Source: Octopus bimaculoides (Eukaryota). Taken from it: 64,000 nt of DNA. A program made the position numbers and the translations under genes. Under the pieces are notes generated by a model that did no database searches, was not told the DNA's origin, and was given only the letters and a program-made list of their open reading frames with translations. Within the stretch, counting starts at the first letter, position 1. Each line of letters begins with the position of its first letter. The stretch is from assembly GCF_001194135.2 (NCBI RefSeq), contig NC_068984.1:135521030-135585029 (forward strand), written 5' to 3'. This document shows, piece after piece, positions 11,696-25,010 of this stretch.

Positions 11696-11760
11696 ACACA
11701 CACACACACACAAAGACACGCACACACACACACACAAACACACACACATAAACACACACA
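11631..11760. repeat. Long (CA)n microsatellite
   Basis: Direct reading. Confidence 0.95.
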
Positions 11761-12583
11761 CTGAAATATTCAAAGGGCTTCCGTGGAAACTCCAGCTACT
11801 GAATGTACTAAAACACAATAGTTACTAGCAACCGAGTTTATATATACACAAACAAACATACATGCAGACAATACATAGTCAGGAATATGTAGTTTCATCT
11901 TTTACTTGTTTAAGTCATTGGAATACACTTACGATGGGTCACCGTGTTGAAATGCTTTACATTCCGAATCGTGTGTATGTAACCTGGATTTTTACCTGCT
12001 CCATTCCCAAAATTTGAATATATGTATATATGATGAGTTTCTTTCAGTTTCATTTTACCAATCAACCGGGGCATTAAAAGGAAACAACTATGCTAGGTGT
12101 CAGGACGTAGGACTGAACGCAGGACTATGTGTGTGAGAAGCTAACGTTCCACCAGATAATAGCAACAAATGTTGATGAAAAGAAGTTGCGAAAAGAAATC
12201 TATTTAATTATCTTCCTTTCTTTTCAAATGTTTGAGGCTTACATAATATTCTATTCTGGATTGTTTTGCTGTATAGATAGTATGAATTTGAACATTTCAA
12301 ATCTGATTGATTGCCTTCAGTGTTTCATGCCGACTTGGTTGTGTATGTATAAGGAATATTGAATCTTGTCTAGAAACAAAATGTAACCTTATTTTTCGTT
12401 TTTGCAATTTACAAGAGGTCCTTTCAAAGTCTCTAAAGCTGTATGTTGTTGAATAAACTCCAAATAAAAAGAATATTTCTTGTAGTTGTACGTTGTATGT
12501 TGCAACGTTTCAATGAACGTCTAGACAACACGTCAGCAGAAAATAAGAACAAAAACAAAATATAGCGATACTAAACCTGATGC

Positions 12584-12647
<64 letters not shown>

Positions 12648-12654
12648 AATAATG

Positions 12655-12710
<56 letters not shown>
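12584..12710. repeat. Long (AAT)n trinucleotide repeat with a few GAT variants
   Basis: Direct reading. It explains the poly-Ile and poly-Leu ORFs at 12510 and 12533. Confidence 0.97.
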
Positions 12711-13269
12711 TTCAACAACAATGACAGCTAACAAAATAGTAGCGTAAAACCAAAGAAAATTTGAAAGCAACTGACAATCAAACAATAATAAACACAGAAT
12801 TTCGAAATATGGCTGTAAAAATATTGTTTCAATATATTATGTTATTATGTGGAAAATAGAAAAATAAAAGATATGTTTGAAAGAAATACTTCTAGCAAAT
12901 TGTAACTGGAAAAAAATAAAATGTTGTTTGTTTGAAGAACGTTTCCCGGTGTATTTAAATATCTCTTGTAACAATGTAACAATAATGCTTACTGCATGAA
13001 AATATATTCTATAAAAGTAAAAAAAAAAAAAAATGTTATGTCAGAAAAGAGTGTTAATCGAATATCTGTTTGGAATCTACAATGATATCAGATTGATCAG
13101 TTTGACACTGAGTAAATAGGAAATTTATGAACATTGATGATTTCCTCTCTCCCTTGAAAGGAAAAATAAACACAATGCATACACAATACGTACATACATA
13201 TGATACACGGTCATAGAAATATAACTATACGTGTATATATATGTATATGTAAATATCAATGTATGTGAT

Positions 13270-13308
<39 letters not shown>

Positions 13309-14119
13309 ATACAAAAATATACACATACAAGGACTATATCGATACTAATTATTGGTGCTTTTGTAGCCTTATGATCAGAAGCCCAAACTGTGTTCACTAA
13401 GCAATATGAATTATGCATGCATACATACATTCATATATGCATACACACACAATGACACAGAGAAACACACACACATATAGATATATACATTATATAATAT
13501 ATATATATATATATATATANNNNNNNNNNNNNNNNNNNNNNNNNNNNNNNNNNNNNNNNNNNNNNNNNNNNNNNNNNNNNNNNNNNNNNNNNNNNNNNNN
13601 NNNNNNNNNNNNNNNNNNNNNNNNNNNNNNNNNNNNNNNNNNNNNNNNNNNNNNNNNNNNNNNNNNNNNNNNNNNNNNNNNNNNNNNNNNNNNNNNNNNN
13701 NNNNNNNNNNNNNNNNNNNNNNNNNNNNNNNNNNNNNNNNNNNNNNNNNNNNNNNNNNNNNNNNNNNNNNNNNNNNNNNNNNNNNNNNNNNNNNNNNNNN
13801 NNNNNNNNNNNNNNNNNNNNNNNNNNNNNNNNNNNNNNNNNNNNNNNNNNNNNNNNNNNNNNNNNNNNNNNNNNNNNNNNNNNNNNNNNNNNNNNNNNNN
13901 NNNNNNNNNNNNNNNNNNNNNNNNNNNNNNNNNNNNNNNNNNNNNNNNNNNNNNNNNNNNNNNNNNNNNNNNNNNNNNNNNNNNNNNNNNNNNNNNNNNN
14001 NNNNNNNNNNNNNNNNNNNNNNNNNNNNNNNNNNNNNNNNNNNNNNTATATATAGGTAGATATATAGATAGATGGATAGATAAGTAGACGGATAGACAGA
14101 CAGATTAGGCTTAAGAGTG

Positions 14120-14860
14120 TTACTGAGATGTCCTACGAGTTTATCTCCACTTCCGATGTCAACATATCGCGCAAAACGGTTTCTCGGAGGTTACGATGTT
14201 CTGGATTGCTTGATCGAGCATCGGTAAAGAAACCTCTGATCTCCAAGAAGAATCGTTTGGACAGAAGAACAGTGGTCGCAGGTTCATTTTAGCGATGAAT
14301 CGAAGTTTAATGTGATTGGTTCCAATAGCAGGATATACGTCCGACGAAGAAGTGGCGAAAGGTAATCTCGTGCATGTGTGAAGAAGACAGTGAAATATGG
14401 AGAAAGCGGTGAAATGGTATAGGGAGTGCTCTCTGTTGCTGGTCCTGGTCCACTTATTTGCCTACAATAGAGTGTCAATGCTGAAATCTAGAAGCAAATT
14501 CGTAGACAACTTACCCTTCCACATCTCCGATCCTCAGCAGTTCAGTCTCCTATCTTCGATCTGGACATCGCTCCCTGTCACACAGCAAAGAGAGTCAAAG
14601 ACTTTTTGAGTGATGAAGGCGTTGACCTCGTGGACTATCCACATCAAAGTCGCGATCTCAAACCCTATAGAAAGCGTTCGGAAGATTATTGGAGATGGGG
14701 CACGAAGGAAGAATCCAAACAACCGAGATGAACTCTGGAAATAATTGAAAAACGAATGAAACAATATTACTCCATCATTTTGCAAGAAATTAATTCAATC
14801 CTGTGGTAACAAATTTCGTGTGGTCATTGATAGTAAAGAGATGTTCACAAAATATTAGTA
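14120..14860 (+). mobile_element. Tc1-family (DD34E) transposase pseudogene, 5'-truncated
   Basis: Reads ISRKTVSRRLRCSGLL...KKPLISKKNR...WTEEQWSQVHFSDESKFNVIGS...IAPCHTAKRVKDFL...DLKP/IES...FCKKLIQSC...MFTKY*, with stops and frameshifts. Confidence 0.95.
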
Positions 14861-15599
14861 GTAAGGGTTTCTCTTTTTCTTGTTCCATTTTTCATTGGTT
14901 TTCTAAGTTACTCTTAACATTTGTCCTATGCAGTTTGGAAGACTATTTGTTTATTTCTTAATAACTTACGAAATATATATATCCTATTCACTTGACATTT
15001 TCACGAAAAATAGATATTACATGGATCTAAATATGTGTAAAATATCTAGTCTCAACATGTTGTTAATCTTGTACCATAAATATTTCAATACACTTGTTCT
15101 TACGACATTGGATGATAGTCCACTTAAACTATTGCAAATCAAAATCTGATGGGAGCTGACGCTCTGAGAAAGGTTTAAATTTCAGGATAAGTGCATAGAT
15201 GAAGATATCAAGAGAGGCATTTTAAGAATGCCCGAGAGAAAGTTGTACAAAAACAGCTCTGAAGGACACAGGCTTTTATAGTAGCAGGGGAGAATGCCTG
15301 TGTACGCAGAAAAAAATATTCTAGGTATGAGAACAACGCACCACTTCCCATGAGCTTTATAGAGCGTCTGTAATTGCCTAAGGTTGGGGTATTTTAGGTC
15401 ATTTATTTTCAGTTCTAATCTCAGATATTTTAAGGATGGAATTTCGCAATTAGAGAGGCTTTGTATACAATCTATAGCTTACCATTCAGTGAAAATATGG
15501 GCAAAAATGTGAACAATGAAACTGTACAATTCATTTATTGGATATACTTTTAAGGTTTTAAAAATGCCTAACTCTGCCCACTGTGAATTAACTACATAC

Positions 15600-15830
15600 T
15601 GAAATCTGCCAGGACAAAGAGCAAAAGAAAAGATCCATGGTCGAAAAGAAGAATCCAAGCAGGGTTAGACATGCTCTCGAAGGAAATCTCTGTGTTAGAC
15701 CGAAAAGAGAAAGGGGAGCTTCAAAGCGAACAGAAAGACGGCGCTGAAAAGGAAATATAATATTGAAAGAAGGGGCATGAAAGTAGTAGTGGAGGAACTG
15801 AAACAGCGCCTCGTTGCAAAGAAAGCAGAC
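15600..15830 (+). mobile_element. Internal fragment of an R4/Dong-like LINE (pre-RT region)
   Basis: Frameshifted PWSKRRIQAGLDMLSKEISVL...LKRKYNIERRGMKVVVEELKQRLVAKKA, a motif typical of R4-clade ORFs. Confidence 0.7.
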
Positions 15831-16949
15831 TATTCAAACGTAGCTCCATACCTGTGTCTATTGTAAATGTTTATGTCTAAAGTTTATTGCCAGAAAACAA
15901 ATTAATATTAGACATAATTAGTATTTTTGCCAAATTAGCTCAATAACGTGATAATGATTTCACAACAAATTAATTTATTGTTGAAAATAGGCATTAATAT
16001 GATTGCCTTTTTTACACCTTCTTTGTAAATGTGTTGCATATAATATAATTTATTTTCATTATGGGTAAATAAAATTGAGAGTCTAATTTACTTCTGGTAG
16101 ACCAGTGTGGGTAAGCATGAAGAATATTTTAAAACATAACGAAATTCGTCTTTATGAAACAGTTGTACAAACGACATAACTATCATATCTAAGACCTATA
16201 GTTAACGAAAGTATACTAACAAGAGTATAATACATAAACATTTCCATGAACTCAATGAGTCAGAAACTCTTGTAGCTTTATGTATTTTGTTTTTGAAGAC
16301 ATAAAGGTAAATTATCAAATAAGGCTTTTTGCACACTTTCCCAAGAATCTCCCTATATCCACTACTGAGAAGTTACATTTTTTCTAAATGTTGAAACAAA
16401 TTATCCGGAGCCAAGAATCGTAAAGGAAAATTAAGACGCTTGCCAAAGGAAGTATTGTTCAAGTCTTAAAATTTTCCGGCATTTCACCTGGAAATGTTAG
16501 TGTGTAAAACTTTGGTTTTAAACCGATCGGCGTCTCTGTTAATGCGTTTAGTGAAAATGCTTCTGTCTAAGTGCAGTAATTTCCTTGTCCACGTAACTAC
16601 TAATGACGAACTTCTATCTAAATCATAGTTTCTTCCGGCTATGACTATACTAATGAAAACCCTATTTTGCAATATGCCCCTGACAAGTTTACAAATTTTA
16701 CTGACGATGGGAAACCGTACAACAACTGTGTACCTTAATCTGTAAATTCGTTTTGCTACCAATTTGGATGAGAACAAAGCAGAATCCAATTTTAAATATA
16801 AACTCCCGACAAATCGCCAACGGATATTTTGATCCAATTCGGTTTGCTTAAGTAAATGCAATCAACGAAAATTACTGAATCTTATATTCACCGAACACAT
16901 ACCCTTTCATACATCATTCTGGTTCTTGAAAATTGCATGAAGTGCAGCT

Positions 16950-18810
16950 ATTTGCAAGCATATGAAATTGAATTCCAGGGGTTAAGGTTTTCACTAGACG
17001 TAGATGGAGCGTATTTGTACATATATTGCGTGGCATTCTATGATCATTTATTGACCGCTACATGTACGGACTTTGTAAATGTTGCATTCGAATATTGGAT
17101 AATACCTGAGAGGATAAATATAGTATGATGAACAGCCATAAAAATGCATCAAACACGAAATCAATGCATTTCTCAGTACAAATTCGTCATCATGCTGATG
17201 CAAAACACTGGCTATACCAGATAAATTGGATATTTCATTAACACCAGCTTACCAAAAACAGCAAGAAAATAATACTGTCAATACCAATTGGATTGGCTAA
17301 ACTGTATTTAGCGTTCTGAGTCTCATATAATGGCGAAATACAAGACTTTTAGCAAATTGTCGTATGCCATTGAGTGGGAATCTGATTTTGATACCTTTTT
17401 AGGAAACCACTGGAAGAAATATAAATGAAGGTGCCACATATCTGGCAGCACAAATACAAAATAAATTTCTCAATTGTTGTGCAAAAGAAATTAAGGTAAG
17501 CTATGGAGTTGGCCTGAAGGAAAGTGATTCATTTACCAGTGATTGCGCATCAACATTATCTCAACTGTGTTTGTGTGCTTTAAGTCAGTAACGCGTAAAA
17601 TGTCAATGAACTATTTCTAGGGAGGGACGTTGTCTAAACGAGTACAGAATCAGTAAAATAAGAAATGCAATTGTTGTTAATGGCGAAGAGTGGACACATA
17701 TTACTTGTTAAATTACAAGGACATGATGGATGCTCAACCATTAGGCATGGAATGAAACAAGGGTCAGAACAGCAGCAGGTTTTCTACAGAGAGTAAAATA
17801 TTCGTATTACCACTCATATAACATGCAAACTGTGATGGTTAAAATCTGAAAACTGCGTTGTAATAAGGAATGTTAAATCACTGTTATTTAGGATATTATG
17901 TTGTCTTCATTTTCAGGTAGTACTAAAGCTGAAAATGTCATTCGAATTCGTCACTGAAAAAGAAAATAAACATTAAGAGCAATCAATGATGCCTGCGCAT
18001 TCTGAAACGAAGTGGCGCATCGAAACAGAGTCTATTTCTTTGACTCATTTTTACAAATAATTACACTACTATATTCCCGTAAATATACGAACCAGAAACG
18101 TAACAGCAGTTAAATTAAGAAACAAACACACTACAGGCCAAATTTGATGTAATTTACAAACATTATGTCGCAACAACAAGTGTCAGTGTTTCACATACGC
18201 CATGAGCAAGGGTGTACATCTGTTTGTTCGATGTTATTTCGCATGAAGTGGCTGAAAACACATTCTCTGCCGACCCTTTGGAGTCAGTCTTTTTGTGACG
18301 CATTCATTTCATTTGTGACGCATTCATTTCATTTGTGATTTTGTTAAACTATAAACGGTCCTACAAAATTAACAGTAACCCACTGTCTGCCACCTAAGGC
18401 CTCAAAGTTCTTATACATAAAAACAAAATCCTTTTTTCCCGAGATAGCATGCGCTTCTTCGGACTGCTGTGTCTCAATGATAAAACTACCGTTGCAAACC
18501 GCCCTGCAATCCGTAGAGAGGTGAACTGGAGAAATTCGGCAGCACGTTCAGAAAATTCTTGTCTGGATATGGCTGAATAGGTATAAACACATTAAACACA
18601 ATAACCAAACTTTGCCATCAACAATGTGGATCTGTGCTCGAAGGGGCTGCATAGCACCAGTACATTTGACGGATGCGCCACTCGAAAGCTAGCGGAATCG
18701 ACGAACAAGTACACATACGTTAATCAAACAACACCACGGAGAAATTACACTCTCGGGGTTTTACTGTTACTATCAATTCAACAGAGCATATCATTTGCAA
18801 TTTGAGGATC
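16950..18810 (+). mobile_element. Highly decayed hAT transposase (ZnF_TTF + DUF4371 + dimerisation domain)
   Basis: Motifs in the expected order: EFQGLRFSLDVDGAYLYIYCVAF (~16970), QKQQENN, GATYLAAQIQNKFLNCCAKEIK (~17430), LQGHDGCST (~17715, cf. QGYDGA), SETKW (18001, cf. TRW), GEITLSGFLLLLSIQ (~18740). Many stops. Confidence 0.8.
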
Positions 18811-18907
18811 AAAGAAACCATTCTCATTAATAAAGTGAAATTATCGATCAACAACAAAATAGAGCTACATAAGGCGGACTGGTGAATGTATAAAATACTA
18901 CGTTTTG

Positions 18908-18959
18908 CATGTTACAACCCTCACCCATGTTACAACCCTCACCCATGTTACAACCCTCA
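18908..18959. repeat. 18-bp tandem repeat x3 (catgttacaaccctcacc)
   Basis: Direct reading. It lies just 3' of the hAT remnant. Confidence 0.95.
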
Positions 18960-19160
18960 AGTATCTGATCAAACGGTTGCAATTCGTCAGCCTGCACCTT
19001 ATTCTCCAGAGGGAGGGGTATTAAACCTGATATATAGAAATATGAGGCAATGTGTAAACAGTTGTTTTGTCTGCTGCACATTCCTTTTCACGCCTCTAGC
19101 TCAATTTTATTGCATTCACTTTTCAACAATTTGAATCTTAACTACATATTTTCTCTCTCC

Positions 19161-19200
<40 letters not shown>

Positions 19201-19958
19201 TATACACATATATTTATACATATACATGCACACACTGACCCCCACACATATATTCGTTAACACGTAATGTCAAATTGACATACATAATGATTAACTTCTT
19301 TAGTTCACTGATGGGGGACGTGGTGAAAACTCATCGAATTATCGCGATACCGCGGAAGATAGATGGTGTTAGATATATCTTGCTTTTGTTTCATGATTCC
19401 GTGTTTCAACGCTCATATACGTGGATTAGAGATGATATTTACACCTGGCATACGGATATTTGTAAAAACAAGGGACTTGTGAATTAGAATCCATCTGCTT
19501 CGAAGCAGTTTCTATCTACGAAATTCCCCTCACAGGCATCGAGACAACTGAAAGTTATGGAAGAAACAATCCGTCCATGATGCCACTCAGTGGAGTCATG
19601 CACGCCTATATATGTAGGGAGCGGCCGAGTGAGAGAGAGAGGGATAGGGAGTACAAATGAAAGAGGGTGAGTGAGGCAGATTTACGCACAATAGTAGAAA
19701 GAGTAAATAGTTGGCTCCACAATCATAGGTCTTGGATTTGATTCCACCGATTGACAACACAGACGGATTTTTTCTGCTGTAATACTCAGCCCGTCTCGAA
19801 GCGTGTGTGTATGTGTGTGGTGGGGAAGGAATTGGGTAAGTGGAAGCAGATCGAATGTAATTGTGTATTTATAGCATTGTCTCATTTCTATAAATATTTA
19901 TGCATATCTGTATGTTATGACTATGTCTGTCTGGAAATCCATAGTTATGTATGTAGGA

Positions 19959-20013
<55 letters not shown>

Positions 20014-20176
20014 ACCGAAGGATTAAAATCAATCAAAGGATATACTAAGTATGTCTACCTGCTTGAATTCACAGTCAAAATTCTTATTAAATCGCCAAAC
20101 ATACACCGAAGATAACTGCAGAAATCAAACGAAGGCAAATCAGGTTAAGACAATCTACTAACATACATTTAAGTAT

Positions 20177-20400
20177 TTGGACTCACGTGAACCGGTTTCT
20201 GCACTGGCAAAATTAGCCGTAGCTTCTTCAGCACGCGTTACCATGATAGAGATTCCCAACCAATCGTTTAGAAGTCTATGCCGCAACTGATTCGTTTCGC
20301 GCCGAAATCATAGGCCACCAGTGTGAAAATACTTTCAATACAAATAGCAAACAATTTTTGAGAAAAATAATTCACGAAATATTAATTTGCGAAGGTATCA
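20177..20400. promoter_or_regulatory. CpG-enriched promoter-like patch with E2F and CCAAT motifs
   Basis: CCAAT at 20260 and TTTCGCGCCGAAA at ~20295. Plus donor GAAG|GTATCA (~20395). Minus ATG 20244 is open to C|GTGAGT (20186). Confidence 0.35.
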
Positions 20401-21796
20401 TAAATTCTGTTATTATCCAAATGTAACTATTTTAAAAATGATAATAACAGAATGAATGATACAGGCAATAGCAGGCCAAAAATAGCATTCAATAGCTATA
20501 TGTACATATATGTATATACGCAAAACATAATTACTTCCAGTCATATGAACATATATAAACATAAGATATTTTACACTTCCCATACAGTAGCGAAAATATA
20601 TTTGAGAGATCGTGGGGTGTTTTTATACCTTTTGTGAGTATTCTTGTCAATAAGATGGTTTCGTTGAGTTGTGATGAAAAGTTTGATGTTTAATATCAGT
20701 TCAGATTCAAATATGGTTATTACACCAGTGTGAATTACAGTGCTGCTATAGTTATTTGATTTCTTATTGCTCATATATTTATGCAAAGACATATCAAACA
20801 CTATTGGTTTTCAATATGCTTTGACTTAGTGAGCTATCTTTATTGATAAATATATCATTGAACGTAAAACCCATGCTTGATAAATGCATTATATAGCAAA
20901 TTTAACATATTAACTACTAATGAGTAAAATAGAAACTAAAAAAAAGAGAGGAAAAATATTAGCAATTACCTAAATAGTGAACTTAAAGTATTATCTTTAT
21001 GTTGAAAGATAATGTACGATTCCTTAGATATACTCAACATTTCAGACTTTTCTAAATGAGATCATCTCTATATCTGTGACCAAACTGGACATATCTGTTC
21101 TACGAAATCTCATTAAGTCAACAATTACAATAGGTAATTGCCTTTTTAATCACCGTTAGCATCGACAAAAGTCAGTCGCTTCGTATATGAGATCGCATTA
21201 AATGCTCCAATTAGAATAAACAATTCTATACGTAAATAGAGTTTATGGTTTATTAAAAACGTTTTCACGTATAAAATTGCTTAAAACGAACTCCGACATT
21301 ACGACGGAATGGGTATTAATCTTCAAACCAATTTCATTCAAGAAGCAGCTACCCCCTCCTCCTCCGACGATTAAAGGTTACTTTCATCGATATTTCTTAG
21401 TGTTTCTGAATTAATCAGTTTTCAACGTTAGTCAAATTTAATTTTTATGCTACGTTTCCTATGAATTATGAATGAAATAACCTACATAAAACACATACAT
21501 AGAACGAAACAAACAAAGATTCATACACACATACTGACACTCAAAAATATCAAAGGAACATTTTCCTACTGATCTTCCTCAACTAAGTTATTCCTCGAAG
21601 ATAGTGTATATAATAAAACTCTTATGAAAGTCAAATAGCTATCGTACTTCTTTTAACAGTTTATTTATTCTTCAATCTTTTAAATAAATTCATACTTGTG
21701 GTGGCAGGTGGAGGAAGCTACGTATCATAGATAAAGGGGCAGGTAACGATAAATAAAAGGATGTTAAAATCATGACAAGATGTGGATGATTGAGGT

Positions 21797-21850
21797 GGGG
21801 AAGAAGACGATGAAGATGAAGCTGGGGAGGAAGACGATGAAGATGAAGGT
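21797..21850. repeat. 27-bp purine-rich tandem duplication
   Basis: ggggaagaagacgatgaagatgaagct / ggggaggaagacgatgaagatgaaggt. Confidence 0.9.
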
Positions 21851-22125
21851 GGGAAGTGTTCATAGCGCTGGTTATAAAGAAAGTATCCATTACTTTTAAC
21901 ACTATCACAATGTTTTGTTATATCATCTTGAAGAGAAAAAATTTCTAATTAGCGTATTTGATATCATTGTCAATAAACATGTGACTAATCTAGGATTATG
22001 TGGAATGTTTTAGCAGCAAAACTTAATTATTCCTAGTTACTTCAACATATATAAATTTAATGCAAGTTTTAAATCAACTTTCACAGGAAACGTAGCTACG
22101 CTTCTTTTGCATAATACAGCACATA

Positions 22126-22900
22126 CGAAGGGGAACCTAAACGAAACTAGAATTTTGAAGTTTTATTTTATTCACTTCGCTTTATGTTTACTCAATTATC
22201 GCCTTTAAAGAAATTCTCCATTTGAAGCAACTCGTCTGTCCAGGCGCATATTCCACTACACGAAGCTGTGCTGGAACTCTTGCGAAGTGGTGCTTTTAAC
22301 ACCTCCATGGTTTTTTTCTTATTCACCTCTTCCACATCTGAAAATTCCGTATCACCATCATTCGTCACCAGTGATGACCTTCCAAAAAAGGTCCGGATCA
22401 ACTTCCAACTTTTCTTTCAGTCCAGAACACGCATTCAGTCGTGACTGTTTTTGATCTTCCGTGAGCAAACGGGGCACAAATTTTGCAGCAACACTATTCA
22501 TTGGCAATTGCTCGCTTAAAATTCGTTGGCAGGAGCCCCAAAACACACCAGTCATATCAACAACTTCGTCAAATGTTCCATAACGGCCCTGCAAGATCAG
22601 TTCATGTATTTGCCTGATGTTTTCATTCGTTCAGGTGGTCGACGCTCGTTCTCAACGAAGTCGGTCTCCAGACGACAAGTGACCATTCCTAAAGCGTGGA
22701 AGCCACTTGTAAACTTGTGCTTTGTTCATGACAGCATTCTTGTAAGTTGCTTCAAATATGACAACCATTTTGGCCGCTATCTTCCCCAACAGAAAACAGA
22801 ATTTCAAGAAAGCACGCCATTTCTTCGTTTCAACCATCGCAAAACTCTAGGAACAGGAGAGAAGTACTTCAAAACAAAGATGCATCACATTACAGTACGA
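22126..22900 (-). mobile_element. Mariner (DD34D) element with an internal deletion of the catalytic core
   Basis: HTH regions (FLKFCFLLGK...VYKWLPRFRNG; VAAKFVPRLLTEDQKQSR...KVITGDE) join directly near 22343 to the C-terminus (FSDVEEVNKKKT...NFFKGDN*). TA|CGAAGGGGAACC terminus at 22124-22137. Confidence 0.93.
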
Positions 22901-23272
22901 CCCTATCGACCACGTTGGTCAGCAGACTGATGCCTGAGGGTTGCAAGAAGTGTCTTCTGTCGGTGGAAGCCTGATCTACAACGAGTTTGTCGGACAAATT
23001 TTTCCAGTACTTACTGCATTTATTCTATCGTTTTCCCTTTGCGGAGCTGCTAAATTTTGTCGGGGTAAAGAAACCAACAACGGTTGTCAAGTAAAGCCAA
23101 TAAGAGAAAACACGCACACGCATATACGTACACACACACAAACACACACACACACATACACACACACATACATACACACACACACACACTCACACACACA
23201 CACAAACGCACACATACATTTAGTACTGCTTTCTTTCAATTTCCAGCCACTAAATCTCCTCACAAAGCTTTA

Positions 23273-23365
23273 GTAGGAGATACTTGCCCAAGGTTTCACG
23301 AATGGTACTGAACTGAAAACTATGTGGTCGGGAAGCAAGCTTCTACCTACCCAGCAACGCCTGCA
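23273..23365 (-). mobile_element. SINE head fragment
   Basis: Reverse complement reads gcaggcgttgctgggtaggtagaagcttgcttcccgaccacatag...ccttgggcaagtatctcctac, the same family as 6910 and 45045. Confidence 0.7.
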
Positions 23366-24968
23366 CCAATAGATTTCTCTTGAATTGAGAACGATAAGCA
23401 CATCCAGATCCATTAAACCGAACGTTTGCATTATACAGTAGTTAAAGTAATAAACTTTTCCTACCTCCGAGTCTAAAATAATCTTTCATGGGGTTGAAAT
23501 ATTTGTAGTCCATCAGTGCTATTGCGTTGAATGTAATGCTTTATCTCACTGACTTTTCAAATTTAATCTTTTTTCTTTAGCTAAAATATCGCTATTTTAG
23601 CTAAACGCTCTTTATTCTGTTTTGATTCTACTCTCATTCAGAGGAGTGTATCGCTAGTTTTTAATGTCAACATCTATTTGTGACCTTTATCTTACAGTCA
23701 CATATTCAGAGCAAGCGCATTTCATCAAGCCATTATCGCCCTTTATATCCAGCTCTCACATATAGTTTCTCTCATATAGTTTGAAATCTCCACAGAAACC
23801 GAGTTCGGTAGTTTGTCGAACACAATTGCTCATAATATCGAACACACTTGCTCATAATTAAATCTGTTAGATTAGTCCTCCTCGGTGCCACAATCAAATT
23901 CAAGAGTAATTGCATTCTATGATAAAAAAAATTATATCCCATCGACATAACATTTGCCTCAGAAGAGGGAGATGAAAAGTTATGGAATACAATTAGGGAT
24001 AAAATTGAGTACTAGAATATAAAGGTTAGAAGCAAAACCAGTACCAATAATTTTTGATACAGAATAAGTTGAACAAAGTAAACAAAGACATTATGACTGT
24101 CCTCTCATCTCCAGTGAACCTAGTTGTATTTTTTCTTAATTTTTCAATTTTGGAGCAATTCTTGGTCTTTGAAATCATTTCCCGTTATGTAGAGATGGCC
24201 TTAACTGCGTTTTGCTTAAATATGACACATCCTCTCAAGTTGGAGGTGAAATTTTAATGCATCAAGAATTTGAATTGTATGTTACTTGACATATTTGTAA
24301 TTGTCTGCGTTATACAAATACATGCCATTGAACACGTTGAATCATTTCTCTTAGGTCATATCTGTTCAAAAGAGACTCTACAGGTCCCTTTTAAAGGAAG
24401 TTTAATAGGTTCCTTGAAAGGTGTCCTATAAGTCACAATCAATATTGTCCGCAAAAGAAATTTAAATCCAAGAGCACAACTTACCTAGCACAACTTCTTT
24501 ATAGCTCGCATAACACGTTCTGAACAATCGCTAGACAACTGTCAAAGACTGAACACGACAGAAGCACCATTTCTACTAAAGCGTCATAAATCACCCAGTA
24601 TATCATCTATAAATATACGAACCACAAACGTGACAGCAATCAAGATAAAGAGAAAAAAACGACACTACATGACGAATTAGACGTAACAGTCAAGCACCGA
24701 TTCACATCTGCAAATGGCAATGTTGTACGTTCGTCAAGAACATGGGTTTACATCTTTTTGCCGGATGTAATTTCGCGTGAAATCACTGAAAACGACAATA
24801 ATTACAATTATAATTACAGATTATGGCAGGTGTTTCATGGATGGTTTTGTTATACATCAGTGACTGATTAAATTTCGACATTAATGTACCCGTTCTAGAG
24901 ATGCTTTTCTGTAGCGTAATTTTTAACATGATGCATTCTTATATTTACACTGTTGATTTATATTTCAG

Positions 24969-25010
24969 AACTTTTCATGATGCGAAGGGATTGTGTGGAA
25001 TATAAACTAT
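24969..25010 (+). CDS. Candidate phase 1-1 micro-exon (xLFMMRRDCVEYKL)
   Basis: Acceptor ttgatttatatttcAG|. The donor T|GTGAAA is weak. Confidence 0.2.

Noticed and set aside
12510-12785. Poly-Ile and poly-Leu ORFs
   Set aside because: They are translations of the (AAT)n microsatellite.
16484-16861. 125-aa minus ORF
   Set aside because: No recognisable motif or splice context. It adjoins the decayed plus-strand hAT and is probably a chance ORF.
19275-19487. ORF containing YILLLFHDS, superficially like the next M12B segment
   Set aside because: The spacing does not fit, it ends in a stop, and there is no convincing donor.
23576-23605. 13-bp stem, 4-nt loop hairpin
   Set aside because: It is AT-rich and built from a self-palindromic TTTAGCTAAA, so it is most likely a local duplication.
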